Shown: piece after piece, positions 62,216 through 64,000 of the stretch
Position numbering within the stretch: position 1 is the first letter of the stretch
Layout: every line of letters begins with the position of its first letter
Translations under genes and position numbers: made by a program
The notes under the pieces: model-generated
The model's database searches: none
What the model saw: only the letters and a program-made list of their open reading frames with translations
Told to the model about the DNA's origin: nothing
NCBI GenBank assembly: GCA_964291285.2
Contig: OZ219787.1
Coordinates: 800,001-864,000 of the forward strand
From: Alphaproteobacteria bacterium
GTDB lineage: Bacteria > Pseudomonadota > Alphaproteobacteria > Bin95
Direction of reading: 5' to 3'
Length of the DNA stretch: 64,000 nt

Positions 62216-63091
62216 TCAGGCGCCCGAACCCATCGGTTCGCTGCGGTCCACCACACGCTCGGCCGGGCCGACGATCATGGGGTCCGGGCTCACCACAACC
62301 TCCGCATCCTTGTCCGGATAGGGGAGGTGCGAGAGGAAGTGCTGCATGCAGGCCAGGCGGGCACGCTTCTTGTCGTCCGACTTGATGACCGTCCAGGGCG
62401 CGTCGGCCGTGTCGGTATAGAAGAACATCGCCTCCTTGGCCTGCGTGTAGGCGTCCCACTTGTCGAGCGACGCCAGGTCGATGGGGGAGATCTTCCACTG
62501 CTTCAGCGGGTCGGTGAGCCGGCTGTCGAACCGGCTCGCCTGCTCGTCCTGCGTCACCGAGAACCAGTATTTGAACAGGAAGGTGCCGCTGCGGACCAGC
62601 ATCCGCTCCAGCTCCGGGCACTGGCGCATGAACTCCAGATATTCGGACCCGGTGCAGAAGCCCATCACGCGCTCGACGCCGGCACGGTTGTACCAGGACC
62701 GGTCGAACATCACGATCTCGCCGGCCGCCGGAAAGTGGCGGACATAGCGCTGGAAGAACCACTGGCTCTGCTCCCGCTCGCTCGGCTTTTCCAGCGCCAC
62801 CACCCGGGCCCCGCGCGGATTCAGGTGCTCCATGAAACGCTTGATGGTGCCGCCCTTGCCGGCAGCGTCTCGGCCCTCGAAGAGCACGATCACCTTGGCG
62901 CCCGACTCCCGGACCCAGTGCTGCGCCTTCAGCAGTTCGACCTGGAGCGCCGACTTGAGTCTTTCGTACTCGGCCCTCGGCAGCCGGTCCGGATAGGGAT
63001 AGACGCCTTCGCGAAATACCCTGGCGACGGTGTCCTCGGTGGCCTGGCCTTCCGGCGCCGCGCCGTTCCCCTGGATTGCTGCGTCCTGCAT
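62216..63091 (-). CDS. ppk2: Polyphosphate kinase 2
   Basis: 'FEGRDAAGKGG', 'FDRSWYNRAGVERVMGFC'. Confidence 0.95.
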   Translation of the reverse strand: MQDAAIQGNGAAPEGQATEDTVARVFREGVYPYPDRLPRAEYERLKSALQVELLKAQHWVRESGAKVIVLFEGRDAAGKGGTIKRFMEHLNPRGARVVALEKPSEREQSQWFFQRYVRHFPAAGEIVMFDRSWYNRAGVERVMGFCTGSEYLEFMRQCPELERMLVRSGTFLFKYWFSVTQDEQASRFDSRLTDPLKQWKISPIDLASLDKWDAYTQAKEAMFFYTDTADAPWTVIKSDDKKRARLACMQHFLSHLPYPDKDAEVVVSPDPMIVGPAERVVDRSEPMGSGA

Positions 63092-63307
63092 CGTCGGCCT
63101 CCCGAAGGTTCCCTGCCGTCCGACGGCTCGCTGACGCTGTGGCGCCCTGGAATAACGGCCGATGTCCTTCGCAACAGCCGTCCGAAGCGGAAGCGCGTCC
63201 CGCGCTGCGCCGGCGGCGGGCCGTCGGGCGAAGACGGTATGCCCCGTCCCTGCCCGATGCAAGCCCGCGCCGGCCGGAGGCGAATCCCTTCCGGCTCGGC
63301 CCGCCAA

Positions 63308-63412
63308 CGTCACCCCGGCCGGAGCGAAGCGGAGAGCCGGGGTCCATCTTCCGACCTTTCCACCGCGCCGAAACGGCCCGGGATGGGCCCCGGATCGCAG
63401 TCCGGGGCGACG
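63308..63412. repeat. REP-like inverted pair related to the element at 14876-15006
   Basis: cgtcaccccggcc...ccggggtccatc and gatgggccccggatcgcagtccggggcgacg. Confidence 0.7.
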
Positions 63413-63437
63413 AACCGGGGCAGGAAGCCCGCGCCGG

Positions 63438-64000
63438 CTAGAGGTCGGGACTCCGGTCGGAGAAGCCGGTCTCCGCCTCATAGGCCGCGCCGAGGCTGTA
63501 GAGCGACGCTTCGCCGAAGGGGGGCGCCAGGAGCTGGATCGAGCCCGGCATGCCGAGCACCACCTCCGGCGTCGGCAGCGCGAGGCCCGGAAGCGTCAGG
63601 TAGTTGAACGGGCGCGTGCAGCGCGACAGGCGCGAGATGACCGCCTCGAAGCCCTGGGACGAGCCAACATCGGTTTCCTCGATGGTCGGCGTCGCGACAT
63701 TGAAGGTCGGCGCGAGCAGCACGTCGCAGGCCGAAAACACGCGCTCGACGAACGCCGCCACGATCCGGGGGCGAAGCTGCACGGCGGACAGGTAATCGAC
63801 CGCGCTGAAGCGGAAGCCCATCTCGCAGCGCGCGCGCATCTGGGCGCCGTAGTCCTCCCGCCGCGTCCTGAGCCAGTGGGCGTGGAGGGTCGCCGCTTCC
63901 GAGGCGGTGAGCGGCGCGGACAGCGCGTTGATGCGCGCCATGTCGCCGACATCGACCTCGACCGGCTGCGCGCCTGCGGAAACCAGCGCGGCGAGCGCGC
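63438..64000 (-). CDS. Amidase signature family protein (C-terminal part; 5' end outside the window)
   Basis: 'CDVLLAPT', 'TRPFNYLTLPGLALP', 'GMPGSIQL..PPFGEA..YSLGAAYE'. Confidence 0.85.
   Translation of the reverse strand, partial: ALAALVSAGAQPVEVDVGDMARINALSAPLTASEAATLHAHWLRTRREDYGAQMRARCEMGFRFSAVDYLSAVQLRPRIVAAFVERVFSACDVLLAPTFNVATPTIEETDVGSSQGFEAVISRLSRCTRPFNYLTLPGLALPTPEVVLGMPGSIQLLAPPFGEASLYSLGAAYEAETGFSDRSPDL

Overview
High-GC (about 70% by eye) bacterial chromosome segment. It is probably from a Rhodospirillales-like alphaproteobacterium, inferred from the gene orders rpoN-hpf-ptsN and hisB-DUF2628-hisH-GNAT-hisA-hisF-hisE-HIT. Housekeeping genes (rpoN, his, hslVU, metY, ald, recX, ppk2) are interspersed with catabolic and uptake modules: a TPP decarboxylase pair, an M24 hydrolase-TTT transporter-sulfatase operon, two TauD dioxygenases, a NitT/TauT ABC transporter with a two-subunit Fe-S hydro-lyase, a luciferase-like monooxygenase and a molybdopterin oxidoreductase. 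The region shows a recent IS burst. There are four apparently identical 2014-bp IS1634-family copies with 19-bp TIRs, a CTAG-like 4-bp target and internal 15-bp direct repeats. An IS701-family element carrying a passenger gene and an IS5-family element are stacked at one site inside a TonB-dependent receptor gene. The most unusual locus is a TolC gene (IS-split) followed in the same frame, past a single TAG, by a PAS-coiled-coil-TM-periplasmic adaptor fusion that has no canonical start codon upstream of its PAS domain and no adjacent inner-membrane transporter. Other notable items are a HEPN gene with a non-canonical partner, a triplicated DUF4870-like array, REP-like palindrome pairs and an integrase remnant. 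No rRNA, intact tRNA or CRISPR array was seen. All family assignments come from motif recognition by eye, not database searches.
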